Assembly (NCBI GenBank): GCA_951406725.2
Contig: OX597827.1
Coordinates: 52,204,001 to 52,268,000, forward strand
Reading direction: 5' to 3'
Length of the DNA stretch: 64,000 nucleotides
Source: Octopus vulgaris
Taxonomy: Eukaryota
Within the stretch, counting starts at the first letter, position 1. Each line of letters opens with the position of its first letter. The position numbers were made by a program, and so were the translations under genes. The notes below the pieces were generated by a model. That model saw only the letters and a list, made by a program, of their open reading frames with translations, was not told the origin of the DNA and searched no databases. Shown piece after piece: positions 50,889-63,812 of this stretch.

Positions 50889-51279
50889 CTAGAAGTATTG
50901 CTTGAGTTGCTTGGGTTTGTTCCGACCCTTTAGAATTGGAATTTTTGAAAAGTAAAAATTTTGCATTATGTAGCTTGTTATTCTCTTTAAGTGAACATTT
51001 TTCTGGTTGAAATACACAGAAAAATGGTGACACAGCAGCCAAAAGATCGTAAAAAATAGGGATTTTCATAGAAAAAAAGCACCTTTTTGATGTAAATAAT
51101 TTTTGGTGTTAACATGGTCCGATTTGAATTTTATCTTCTACAGAAGGAAGAGCGAGCCTTCTTCTATCATACTCTCAGTTTTGGTCAACTTGTGCTGCAG
51201 GGTCTCAGAGGAGATAGTGTTAGTTGAAGGCTACCAAACCTGCCATACACAGACAACTTCAGCTTTATATAAATACAGA
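50889..51279 (-). mobile_element. Non-autonomous Helitron (same family as 25860-26250)
   Basis: CTAG and TC termini, A|T target in a TA tract. Body closely similar to 25860-26250; 3' hairpin mutated. Confidence 0.88.
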
Positions 51280-51959
51280 TATGCAATACAGTGTATTAAG
51301 ATGCATTTAATCTTATGGGATGATAGTGCAGCAGAATGATATTGTAGAGAGATTATGTCTTCCATTTAGTTCCATAGTTGAGATTGTTTACATTTTGTTG
51401 GTGTAAAGGTAGAAATAATACATAACAACTAACAAGGTAGAAAATGGGACAAGTATATAACAAAGATGTTCCAAAATAGCACCTTTAAGTACTACATTTG
51501 TGTACATGATATCATCTAGAATCAAACACTTCAGAAAAAAATATTCCATTTAAAATAAAATAACGCATTTCATGGTTCTTTATTAAAAAAAAATGTCTTT
51601 ATTTCTTTTTAAGTATGTTTTTGTTGTTCACCATATAGATTACTTTGACAATTTAATATCAAATATATTCATGGATATAAGCAATTAACACTTTAGTATG
51701 CTGGGTGTGCCAAAAGTCACTCCCAAAATAACTTCAATATACTCCAGAGTGGTCAAAGATGCTTCAATTTTTGTAAAATTGAATAAAATGAACAAAATAA
51801 TGATGAATATACATGCATTTTTACATGATAAACAAAATCAATTATGATAATAATAATGTAATATAAGTGAAATGCCAAATGATTTGATGCGTGAATTTTA
51901 GCCCACCCTGTATGTGTTTTGACTAAAAAAAAAGAAAAGAAAAATATACAATAAGGAAA

Positions 51960-54040
51960 GTATTCAAGAAGCAAAAGTGAGAAAGTCTTTTACATTTCAA
52001 GCCTGCGCTGTTTGACAGAAAGGAACACAGAAATAAACAGGGAGAGAAAATAGAAAAAAGATTTAGTGGCTAACGATATATCATGGTGAATGGCAGACAG
52101 AGTCACACAGGAGAGCTCGGAAGAAGGGGAAATAATAAAGTAGTGGTGATCCGAAAATAAAGGTGCACATGCATATGTAAGTGAGAGCGTGTATGTGCGT
52201 TCGGAAGAAGGCTGGTGACATTGACTTGTGCTTGATTGCATGTGTTGGTGTGTGGATCTTGGTGTAGGTGCTGGGAAGTGGTCAATGCTAGTGGGTGCTG
52301 GGAAGTGGTCAGTGCTAGTATGTGCAGGGTGGTGGGATATGGTGGTGTGTGGGTCTAAGGGATGGGGTGATGGGATGTATAGGGATGGTGGGGTTGGAAT
52401 GTGGGATAGGGTGATGATGAAGGGAGATGGTGGAAGTGAGAAGGTGGGTAGGAATGAAGAGAGAAAGTAGATGCTAGAGAAGAGAGGTGGTAGGAGGAAG
52501 TAGGTGTGAGAGGAGAGAGGAGGAGGGTTAAATGAAAAGAGGAGGAGAGTTGAGTCCACGTGGCATAAAGGAGCAAAGAGAGAAGATTAATCCCTGCTCA
52601 CAGTGAAGACGGGAGTCCGGATGTCCCCTGTGCAAGGACAGTCCAAACACAGACAGGTGTGTTGTAAAGAGTGACCGGTAGAGCAGAAATGGCATGAGAC
52701 TGGGGTGTTATTGCCGAGTTGGACGTCTCTGAGGTGTTCTGTGAATTGGTCAGCGAAGCAGCATCCTGTTTGACCAATGTATAAAGAAGGACAGAGAGAG
52801 AGCAGGAGATGCAGTAGATGACGTCGCTAGAAGTGCCGGTGAAGGAATCAGTGATATGATAGGGTTCATGATGGGTGCCTGTGAGGAGAGTGGTGTTGGA
52901 GAAGTAAGGGCAAGTGCGGCAGTGTGGGTGGGAGCAGGGGAACAAGCTGGGTTGGGGAAGAATCTGTGGATCAAGAGGTCTTGTAAGTTGTGGGCTCATT
53001 TGAAGGAGGAGAGGCAAGATAGCAAGAGTGGTGAGGGGATATTCATGTAGGATGAAGTGGTGAGCCATGAGTTGAGACTGAGTCTCAAAGTCATGGTTGT
53101 CACTGCAGAGCCTGTGTAGACAGAGGAATTGGGAAAAGGGGATGGAGAGCTTGGTGTGTTTAGGGTGGGAGGAGAAGTTGAGATATGAGTGTGAGTCTGT
53201 GTGTTTGTAGTGGCTGGAGGTGGTGAGAGTGGAGTGATGAATGCTGACTGAAATGAGAAAGGCGACTGAGGTGTCAGAAATAGTGCAGGAGAAATGGAGG
53301 GCAGGATGGAAAGATTTGACAAAAAGGAGGAAAGAGTCTAGATGTTCACAAGAGAGTGAGGTCACACCGATACAGTCATCAATATAATGACCATATAGTT
53401 CAGGAGTGGGACCAGTGAATCTGGAGAATATTTGGGCCTCAGCATAACCAATGAACAGGTTTGCATAACAGGGGCCCATTCTCGTTCTCATAGCCACTCC
53501 CGAGACCTGCTGGTAAAAATCACCTGCAAACAAGAAGCTGTTAATTGAGAGGACAATTTCAATCAGATGAAGGAGTGTGGACATGTCAGGTTGGGAACTG
53601 GGTCGAAGGTCAAGGAAATGTTGGAGTGCACGCAGCCCCTCATGGTGAGTGATCACCGTGTATAGACTCTTGATGTCAAGAGTGAAGAGAAGTTTAGAGG
53701 AGCTAAAAGTGAAGGAGAAAGAGTTGAACAAATGAAGAGCATGGATGTGAGAGGGTAAGGAAGCCACTAGGGGAGCAAGGACACGGTCAAGATATCTGGA
53801 GATGAGTTCGGTGGAGTAGTTGCAGGCGGAGATGATGGGGCAGCCAGGGTTGTTAGGTTTGTGGATTTTGGGAGGAAGTAAATTGTGGGAGTGTGAGGAG
53901 TGTGGACAATGAGGTTAGAGGCAGTTGGGAGAAATGAGAGAAGGAGATGAGGTCATAGATAGTGAAGGACAGTCTGTTGGTAGCTGGGCATGGGGTTGGA
54001 TGGCAGAGGTCAATAGAAGGAAGTGTCTTGAAATTGGCAG
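51960..54040 (-). mobile_element. Penelope-like element (YIDD type) with RT and GIY-YIG, degenerate
   Basis: ORF 52598-53767: LFTLDIKSLYT, YQQVSGVAMRTRMGPCYANLFIG, YGHYIDDCIG, CSHPHCRTC and SSDVIYCISC. Frameshifted at both ends. Confidence 0.93.
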
Positions 54041-55059
54041 AAAGCTTCTGCCTTGTCGAGAAAAGAGAACATAAAAACAAAAACATAGAAAACAAACTTT
54101 TTTTCGAACAACGGAAAAAGCAAATAAAGAAATGATACATGCAACATAAAGAATATTCCTCTTCATCAGTTGTCCCTGTTTCATCTACTCTGCGTTTCGA
54201 AGGTAAGGACAATACACGACTTCGCTGAAACAGTCCTTCCCGCAGAGTAAATTAAATAAAATTTGGGATTTTTTTGCAGAGGGTGAAAGTGGTAACATAT
54301 ATATGTATACATATGTATACATATATATGTATACACACACACACACATATATATATATATACATACATACACACACATGCACGCACATACACACACATAA
54401 TGTAAGAAATACAAAGAGAAGGTAAAAATAAAAGAAAATGCAGATTGTATTCGGTTGTTGTTCAGGAAATAAGAAGAAAAGAAAGAAATGTCTTTTAGGT
54501 TTGGAGTATTCACTCTTCTTATGAAAGGGAGAATAGACAAGGAAAGGAAGGGATAGAGAATGAAAAGTGCTCATGCATCCAACTGTCATGGCATGCTGAG
54601 ATGACCACAGGTGGCAGAGAGGGTGCGTTAGGTGTAAGAGATAAGGGGGACAACTGTGAGTCTGCCACGAGTGTATGTGTGTATAAAACTACCATACGTG
54701 TGTACACTGTATGTGTATGTGCATGTGTGTGTGTGTTTGTTTGCATGCATGCATATGCTTCTTTGCAGGTTTGTGTGTGTGTGTGTGTGCCATGGAAGAT
54801 CAACTGTGAGTTTGACATGTGTGTGTGTGTTGCTGTTTTCTGTGTAATACTGGATAGACATATTTAGGTAAAAAAGAGGTTACACAAGTAAGTGTAAAGG
54901 TCAGGAAATGGAGGTTGCACTTTTATATTCTTGTTACAATATGTGTGCATATGGGTAGCATCGAGGACTGTAACTTAGGTGTAGGTGTTAGTGCGTGTGA
55001 AATAGATAATAGGTGTATGTGAGTGTGTAAGTGTATGTGTGGCAGCAAATGTATTCTCT

Positions 55060-55455
55060 TATTCTTTTACTTGTTTCAGTCATTTTGACTATGGTCGTGT
55101 TGGAGCGTTGCCTTTTTGGCCGAAGAAATCAACCCTTAGACTTATTCTTTGTAAGCCTGGTACTTATTCTATCTGTACCTTTTGCTGAGCTGCTAGATTA
55201 CGGGGATATAAACACACCAACATCAGTTGTCAAGCAATGGTGGGGGGGGGGGGTCAACACAGACACAAAAACACAAATATATACATACATATAATGTGTG
55301 TGTGTGTGTGTGTATATATATATGTATGTATGTATGTATGTATATACGACTCGCTTCTTTCAACCAAATACACCCACAAGGATTTGGTTGGCCTGAGGCT
55401 ATTGTGCCATGCAGTGGGACTGAACTTGGAACTATGTAGTTTGGAAGCAAGCTTT
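55060..55455 (-). mobile_element. tRNA-derived SINE (long OR-like family)
   Basis: Reverse complement of the 19880-20266 family with internal deletions. Confidence 0.82.
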
Positions 55456-55699
55456 GAAGTTTTTGTTAATAGAAATAGTGTATGTGTAGGGTTTTTTAAG
55501 GGGATTGTCGGAATGTAAGAAGTAGGTGGTGTTTGTAAGTGTGTGAAGTGGTTATAAGTGGGGTTTAATGAAAAGAGGGTGGGAATTTATACCATTCAGG
55601 ATTAGAGTCTGAAGGGAAAAATAGTTTTATATATATATATATATATATGCAGGAATTATATATACACATACACACGCGCGCGCATTTATAGTGGTAGTC

Positions 55700-56030
55700 A
55701 GCTGGTGTCTACATATTGGAAAGTTGTAAAAATCTTGGATGTTACTATTGGGCGGCAACGTCACTGAACTAGAAGTTAAAATAGAACAACTATTTAAGTT
55801 TCGCAATTTGATTTTAAAAAGTGACAGCAATACTTTCTAGTTCTTTCTAAGGAGGATTTATTTATGCTTTTAGTAATTAATAAAGCGTCGTCCCTATATA
55901 GGCCTCCCTTGATATTAGGGAAGTGCCTGTGGAGATGGTGTAGTATATAAAGTCCAACTAAGTCAGTGACCTGAGCTTGGACTTTACTCATAGGATATTG
56001 GAATATTGCATATATACCATAATGCCTAAA
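55700..56030 (-). mobile_element. Penelope-like element (Naiad-like) RT fragment
   Basis: AQVTDLVGLYILHHLHRHFPNIKGGLYRDDALL. Confidence 0.82.
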
Positions 56031-56147
56031 ACATGTATTTACAATTTCAATACCCACACATATCTTGCATTTATTTTCTTTCCTCCACCTCACTCTCTAT
56101 TTTGTATCACATCTAAACTAACTATGACTAAACTATCCTCTCACACT

Positions 56148-56195
56148 GTCTCCGATGAAGGGATATTATTAATATCCTAGAAACAGCTGTAAGAC
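56148..56195 (+). ncRNA. Minimal type I hammerhead ribozyme in an inverted PLE terminal repeat
   Basis: Stem I GTCT/AGAC, core CCGATGA (U4C), stem II GGGATATT/AATATCCT, GAAA, stem III AC-AGCT-GT with palindromic loop, GUA cleavage triplet at 56189-56191. Confidence 0.78.
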
Positions 56196-56289
56196 CTTCT
56201 ATCTATAAATGCTCTAATATCTGCTCAGCCTTGGTCTTTTATCTTATTGCGCAAAAATTCTTATATATATGCAAAATAAGTATATTTTA

Positions 56290-56343
<54 letters not shown>

Positions 56344-56467
56344 TATATACATATGTATATAAAATTTATGTGTATAAATATATATATATATATATATATA
56401 TAGTTAATCCAAGGAAGGGAAGACGGAGGAAAAAATATAAATGTATATAAAATTTATATATATATAT

Positions 56468-57018
56468 TCTTTTACTTGTTTCAGTCATTTGACTGAAGCC
56501 ATGCTGGAGCACCGCCTTTAATCAACCAAATCAACCCCAAGATTTATTCTTTGTAAACCTAGTACTTATTCTACCAGTCTCTTTTACCAAGCCATTAAGT
56601 TACGGGGGTTGTAAATACACTAACATTGGTTGTCAAGCAATGGTGGGGTAACAAACACAGGCATACAAACATACACATATATTTGTAAGAATGAGATGGC
56701 TTTTTTGAGGGGATAAATTTAATTTTAATTTTAATATAAGATTAAAATATAAATTATTCCCTCAAAAAGGCCATCTCTACTCATTCTTTGAAATATATAT
56801 AATACTGTATCAAGAACTTTCTCTTTATTATTCTACCATATATATATATATATATATATATACGGCAGTCTTCTTTCAGTTTCCACCTACCAAATCCACT
56901 TACAAGGCTTCGGTTGGCCCAAGGCTATAGTAGAAGACACTTGCCCAAGGTGCCACACAGTAGGACTGAACCCTGAACCATGTGGTTGAGAAGCAAGCTT
57001 CTTAACACTCAGCCATGT
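56468..57018 (-). mobile_element. tRNA-derived SINE (long OR-like family) with a hairpin insert
   Basis: SINE 3' half at 56468-56680 and 5' half at 56860-57018, separated by an inverted-repeat insert in the TA tract. Confidence 0.82.
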
Positions 57019-57425
57019 CTATATATATTATATAAAAAATTTCCAGGATTCAAGAGAATCAGGTATTTAAATAGTGAAAGCACCAAGGTCAGGTAAGTGA
57101 TAGTGCTATTATGTACAAACAATGTATAATAACTAATACATACTCACTAAAGTAAACACAGGTTTGTTCTCCAGTTATGCATATATTCACAAGTGGCTGA
57201 AACAATGAGTCATCAAGGTCACACAAGGGTACACTCACTGCTCCTATTGCACTGCGGTCTATAGACCCCAGATCTAAATGAATTGCAGGTTTCAAATTAA
57301 GTGAAAAATAGATAACAATAATTTACTACAGCTGTTTCAGACATGTTTTTTATTGATGACTAGAAGTGTTACATCATGCCCCCCAAAAAAGTTTTAAGTG
57401 AAGGTAAGAATTAACAATTAGAACT

Positions 57426-57470
<45 letters not shown>

Positions 57471-57539
57471 GAAGAAAAATTAGGATAATTATCCCCTTAT
57501 ACAGTACAACTAATCAGTAATCTAATAGAGCATCAGGAA

Positions 57540-59341
57540 TGTAGAACCAAGTGTATCTATAGTGCATTCAGAAAATAGAATAAGATGGAAGGTACATTTT
57601 TTCGACAGGAAAAATGACAAGAATAATAATAGTAGAGAATTTGAGAAAAATCTGAAGAGAGAATTTCAACCCCTTAGAAATTCTAAGGGATTTAAATTTA
57701 GTGCTGTTTGAAAAACTTCATAACATAATCAGGAATATTGAATTCAGAAAATCTACAAGGAAATACAACCAACACCAAAAAGAAGCTCAATGAGATAATG
57801 AAGACCTTCAAGAACATGACAGGGATACTAGTACCAGTGGACAAAACTGGTAACCTTTATAATGTTAACATTAAAACATACAAGCAACTTATAACTAAAC
57901 AATTAGACCAACTACAAACATTCATCTAATGAAATATTAAATAAGATAAACAAGGGCTAAAATAGTTAAAAATTTAGGAATATGGATAGAACTAGACTAT
58001 ATACATTCAGGGTACCTAGAATAAACCTTAAGGACCACAAAGAAAATTTCCAGAACAACCCTACAGTAAGATTCACATGTCCATCGATATCATATATAGG
58101 TAGAATTAGCAAAATAATAATAGACAGAGTAGTACCAAAATTAAAATATATAACTAAGTTCAAATTTTAGTCCAATACTACAGATGTAATTAGGTGGTTA
58201 AGGATTTAGAGAATAAAAACATAGTAAATTCATACAGCTAGATATATCTAACTATTAACCATCAATAAACCCAACAGTATTAAACAAAGTGCTTTATTAG
58301 TAAAAAGCAACTCAGACCTTTCTAGAGAGGAAATAGACCTAATATTAGCTGCATTAAGCATGATAATTGAATATAGGGGAAAACTATGGGCTAGATCCAA
58401 TAGGAATGAATGTTTTGACATAATGATGGGATTGAGCACAGGCAAAAGATCCCACAGAGATATACATACTCTCTCCAATGGAGTCATGCTTCCCAAAATT
58501 AGGTGGGGCTCTATGTAGAGATGATGCATTGTTCATTTAGCAAACTGTAGCAATGTAGAAAAGGAGAGATGCAGGAAAAACTTTTTAAATTCTTCAAAAA
58601 CTTAGGTCTATCAATAACAATCAAAAAAGATTATAGAGTAGTAAACTTCTTTGATGTGAAACTCAGCCAGAACATGGAAAAATTCAAGCTTTCCATAAAC
58701 AAAATGAAAACCTGAAATATGTTAGTAAAGGATCAAATCACTAGAATCAATACCTAGGAGTATTACAAAAAGTGTGTCCGATAGAATATCTAGACTATCT
58801 GCCAAGGAAACGATATATTTAATGAGCACACAGAGTACTACAACTCAGCACTAGCCAGAGCAGATTATAAGGATAAAATAAAATACTTACAGGATAATGT
58901 AACAGGTAGTCAATATGAGGATAAATATGAAAATAAAGAAAGAGCTAATAGTAATAGTCAAGGCAAAAAGCAAATAAAAACAAAATGATGAATGGGATAG
59001 GAACTAAGATGGAAAGTGTAGTGACAATATTAAGGGATGTAAGGATGGCATCAAAACTAATGGACACCACTGTAAAGAAGCAAAGAAGTAGAAGGAAAGA
59101 ATAAATGAAAATACCAAACACAGAGTAGATTCAAGAATAGCATACACAAATATAGGTATAGGAGTGGCTGTGTATAGGCATAGGAGTGGCTGTGTGGTAA
59201 GTAGCTTGCTTACAAACCACATGGTTCCAGGTTCAGTCCCACTGTGTGGCACCTTGGGCAAGTGTCTTCTACTATAGCCTCGGGTCGACCAAAGCCTTGT
59301 GAGTGGATTTGGGAGACGGAAACTGAAAGAAGTCCATCGTA

Positions 59342-59386
<45 letters not shown>

Positions 59387-60560
59387 TTGTGTTTGTCCCC
59401 GCAACATCGCTTGACAACCGATGCTGGTGTGTTTATGTCCCCATAACTTAAGTGACCAATAAAATAAGTACTAGGCTTACAAAGAATAAGTCCTGGGGTT
59501 GATTTGCTCGACTAAAGGTGGTGCTTCAGCATGGCCACAGTCAAATGACTGAAACAAGTAAAAGAGTAAAGAGTAAAAGAGTAAATAAACCAAATAGGTA
59601 CAATAAACAGAATAGAAAAATAGACAATGATAAAATAATTTGGTTTAATCCAAAATATGGATTGCAGATTAAATCCAAAATTGGACACGAACTCTTCTCT
59701 ACACTAGATAAGCATTTTCCTGAGTCAAGTAGGTACTACAAAATTTTTAACAGATGCAAAGTAAAATTAGCATGTGCAACTTCACACAACCTGGAAAATT
59801 ATATGCATAAACTAAATAACAAAAAACTGAATGCAATAAAACTGGAATATAGAAACAAAGGCTCAGAAGGTGAAAATAAAGTAAATAGGGAGAAATAAAT
59901 AGGTAAGATGAATAATAAATACAAAAGACAAAAATGGAACATAAATTGAAATACTAATATTTTGTTGATGAAAGATTCAGAACCTGGGGTAGGTAGGAAT
60001 AGAATAGGAACTGGAGAGGGGTGAGGAATAATCTTCAGAAATGACTCTGGTAGCATCCAAAATGCATTCAAACAGCACACTGAACAGCGAAAATAAAGGT
60101 GTGGAAAAAGTACCAAAATATGAGAAACAACTCAAAAAGATGCAACTGTAGACTTAAGAGTGAATGTAAGTTTGAAAACAAATGCAAGAGATGGAATGTT
60201 ATTTATAAATGTGAAGTGCAAACAGGTGCACAGAAATATGTGTATATTGGCGCAATATCAGACATGCTGGAAAATAAGGGTCACTGCACCTCATTAGCAA
60301 ATCTAACTTGCAGGTTAAAGCAAAGTGGAGAGGAATATACATCAAAACGGTCCATACTGTAAAATGCTAAACTCTACAACAGATTCTCCTGGGTCTGCAA
60401 CTTATGCTTAGGAGAAACACTAAAAATTATTATCTGTAAAGAACAAATAGTTAATAAACATTCATAAATAGTTTTATCATGTAACCATAAAATTAAGAAT
60501 TCTCTCATGGAATTTGAAAAAAAATCTTCTGTAAGAAACACCAAATAATCAAGGATAGTA
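57540..60560 (+). mobile_element. Penelope-like element (Naiad-like), near full-length pseudo-ORF interrupted by a SINE
   Basis: ILVPVDKTGNLY, INLKDHKENFQNNPTVRFTCPS, GL(Y)RDDAL-like motif, IIWFNPKY, CNCRLKSECKFENKCKRWNVIYKCEV..YVYIG and VCNLCLGE. Confidence 0.88.
59151..59582 (+). mobile_element. tRNA-derived SINE (long OR-like family) with duplicated 5' head
   Basis: Same family as 19880-20266. 22-bp tandem duplication TATAGGYATAGGAGTGGCTGTG; tail (AAAGAGT)n. Confidence 0.9.
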
Positions 60561-61476
60561 TCCAAACCAACTACTTGGATGGGCTTATGAACATGAGCAA
60601 ACAAAAAAGATCTACAATATAAAATAATGTTACTACAAACGTATATGGACATAGTGGATAGTAATTATCATGGATACTGGTATAACTTATATGCATACTA
60701 ATGTAAGTCTAATATATTATCAGACAGAAATATATCTAGAACACAAAAATAATAGAAGTGAATTGGTGAGATTAATGAAAATAGGGCCTCTCAATAAATG
60801 GAATACAATAACTGTGAACAGATAGTACAACCCTTCAAGACAGTGCCTAGCAGCAGGAGATAATACAACATAGTGAATTACACTGCTCTTAATGTGAACT
60901 TTATCCTCTCTGGTGTCTTTATATATTGCTCTAAAACTGATAATGTCAAAATGAACCTTTGTTTTTTATTATTTACATGCCTGTTTAATCATTAGTGAAA
61001 CAAATGGGGTGCAGAGGGGTTCTGAATCCCTTGGTTAAATCTAATATGTCTTTTCATATTTCTTTTTTCTTTTTCGTGTAAGCCTGCTGTGATAAACCAC
61101 AAGCAATGCCCAATGTTGTTTTTCATAAGTTGAGACAGTTCACAAGCAACACCCAAAAATTTAACAGAGCTTCCTTATTGGTGTAAAATGGTAAATGTCT
61201 TTAAATGCAAACGTCAGACTAGCCAAATACCATAAATGTCAAATAAATTTCCACCTACAAGTCATTTTTATTACTATATTTATAAGCTATAAGGAGTTCT
61301 GCATGTATAACCATCCCACAGGATTACTCTGGAAGATGCAAATAACAGGCAGTAGCCAACAAGAAGCATAGGAGCTTTTACAAGCGCATTCAGAGGCATT
61401 TGCTGTAAATAAAATTCAAAAGATATGTATACTATAGGTGCAGGTATATAATATCTATATTATATACATATGTAAT

Positions 61477-61945
61477 AAAGGTGTGGTGAATAAACTGTTG
61501 TCTAAATTACGCAAAAATGAAAATAACACTGACATCTCATTTTAACAGATATATTTACCAAAATTACATAAAAATATCAAAATGCTAACAAGTGAATTTA
61601 TTTAATAAAAGCGCCATTGGCTTAAACCACGGCCTCCAGACAACTTCAGAATACCCTTCTGCAACTCTTCTGGATGGTGCCTTTGATTATGTTGGTGAAT
61701 GCTGCCATAATCTTTGCCTTCAGTTCATCTTTGGTGTTACAAGGAATTTTGTAGGACTGTTGCCCAACTACACCCCACACATAATAATCAAAGGGGTTGC
61801 AAGTCTGGGGAGTTAGGTGGCCAGTTGTTAGGAGTGATGTGGTTGCAGAAATTGTCTGACAGCCATGACTGTGTTCTCCTGCTCATGTGACATGGTGCAG
61901 AGTCCTGTTGTCAGACATAGGTTCTTCCACAGGCTGCCATGTTGA
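61477..61945 (-). mobile_element. maT-type (DD37D) Tc1/mariner transposase 3' fragment
   Basis: QQDSAPCHMSRRTQSWLSDNFCNHITPNNWPPNSPDL(NP)FDYYVWG gives 37 residues between the last two Asp once a frameshift is allowed. Confidence 0.85.
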
Positions 61946-62069
61946 CAGTTGAATGTTCCAACAATGTAAGATCATAAGTAACTGTTAGCCTGTCAACAGT
62001 TCTCTAAACAAAAATGGCCTCAGTTTGTAGTTCCTCTTTTCTAAGTGACCCTTAACTTTTGGCCCCTGC

Positions 62070-62945
62070 AATTTGGAAGATTGTTTGTTTATTTCCTCAT
62101 AATTAAGCTAATTTTGACTGGAAACTACTGTATCTTCATCTGAAAGGGGAGATCATTTGAGATGAGAGGTATCCTTGGAATGACGACATTGTCCCCCATC
62201 ATGTTGCCACGATGGAGAAGAGGTTTCTCAGCTGCACAGGAGTCTTGCACATTTGTGCCTCAGTCAGAGTGACATCCAAGTGTGTATCATTTCCCAGAAG
62301 ACCTCTGAGATGGCAAGCCTAGCGATATGTTTGACATACTGTGTTATCAACCATATATAAGGCTGTAAATGATGTGGGCCCCTTGACATGGTGTAATAGA
62401 AGCCTTAGATAGTAGCACTCTTAGTAGTTGGAATGAACAACATAGACTCTGCCAAATGTGTCTGGTATCTTGATTCCTGGATGACGTGTGGGTGCTCCAA
62501 GTGCACGTCTCTTTCATTTGTTTTGATACCAGGTGTAGAATTGTGGAACTTCATTGGATAGCAGTCTTGTAGCAAATTCATCATCTTGACAGAGCTTGAA
62601 GAATACTGTGGGTAGTATTTCTGGCAGCTTCCATTTGTAATTGAATTGTGTTAGTCAGTATGCTGTCTCTGAGATGGAGGAAATGTCACGTTTGTCATGT
62701 TCTTGTCCAACCAGAAGCACAGCTGTTTAATTTGCTGTTGGCGCATTAAACCTCCCTCCATGTTGACCAGATGGTTTCTTGTCTGAGCTGATAACTATCT
62801 TGTAATCCAGGGAGTCGGGTGGAATTTTTTCAAGTGCCGTCTTGAAGCTTCTGATCAGGTTGTTGTTGTTATGCAGCATCTTTTGCAGAGACACTACAAT
62901 GTTCATCCTGATACCAGAAATGTTCTTGCTCCTCTCTTGCAGTAT
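62070..62945 (-). mobile_element. Helitron RepHel remnant with large internal deletions
   Basis: Three fused blocks: LQKMLHNNNNLIRSFKTALE..GRFNAPTAN; FGRVYVVH..ECYYLRLLLHHVKGPTSF..CQTYR*ACHLRGLL; and the PIF1 C-terminal GDNVVIPRIPLISNDLPFQMKIQ*FPVKI. Confidence 0.88.
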
Positions 62946-62949
62946 GTCA

Positions 62950-63812
62950 TCTAGTCAGGGATCTTGCAATGTGTGATCTAGTCAGGGATCCTTCAGGAGA
63001 TTGCAGTAGCTGGCTGCAGTCACTTTAACCCCTTCAAGCACCTTGACTGTGCCACCAACTTTGTCCATAATGATACCAGCCCACAACATAACTTCTCCAC
63101 CCTGTTGTTGACATCGTAAACGTTGGTGAAGCTTATCTCCAAAATAGACTCAAACCATTTGCCCATCCGTCAGGTCTGTGAAGGGTTGCCCTGTTTTCAT
63201 CAGTGAACAGAACACAACTCATGTTTGAGACCATGTACTTTTGGGCCCATTGAAGCCTCAAACTCCTGTGACAGGGCGTTAAATGAGGTAGCTGCAAGGG
63301 TTCTCACATGGAAGCCATGGTCCTGAGGATTTCTGGTGGTTTTCGGTACATGAAAAAGTCAGGAAGCAATGAAAATAGCTTTGCTTGTTTGTCCAGGTTT
63401 TCCACATAATTTGCAGTCAATATTCCTCAAATCCCTAGTCACAGCCTTGGAGGTCCCACAATTGGATCATTTCTTCCTTGGCAAAGGGTCCTTCAGGAAT
63501 CGTCCAACCATGTTCAAATGACGACCTAACTTCTCTACAATGACATGAAGAGAAGTGCCTTTAGTCACTTTCCTTGATGATAACAGGCTTTTCTTCATCA
63601 TTAGAGCCTTTTCCACATCCCATTGCTTAGAGAGGAGAGACACTATTAGCATGGTTCACTCAAAGACTGAAGAATCTGAGAAAAAAAGAATGTTACACAG
63701 AATAATGAAAACATAATGATGGTATTGCCATATTGTGCAAACCAGCTGGGAAAAGTTTTATCAAAATCAATTCACAGAAAACTGAGAAATCTTAAATTTC
63801 ACTCCCAATCTA
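62950..63812 (-). mobile_element. Tc1-like transposon, 5' half
   Basis: LTPCHRSLRLQWAQKYM..VLFTDENRATL..PDGW and QQQGGEVMLWAGII..EGVKVTAASYCNLL, plus an HTH remnant in ORF 63467-63652. Confidence 0.85.

Noticed and set aside
54181-55518. Multiple short ORFs rich in CV, YI and TH repeats
   Set aside because: Translation artefacts of (TG)n/(TA)n microsatellites and SINE sequence.
57540-60560. Selenocysteine-recoded Naiad ORF
   Set aside because: The copy has many frameshifts and TAA/TAG stops, so in-frame TGA codons are uninformative, and I recognised no SECIS.
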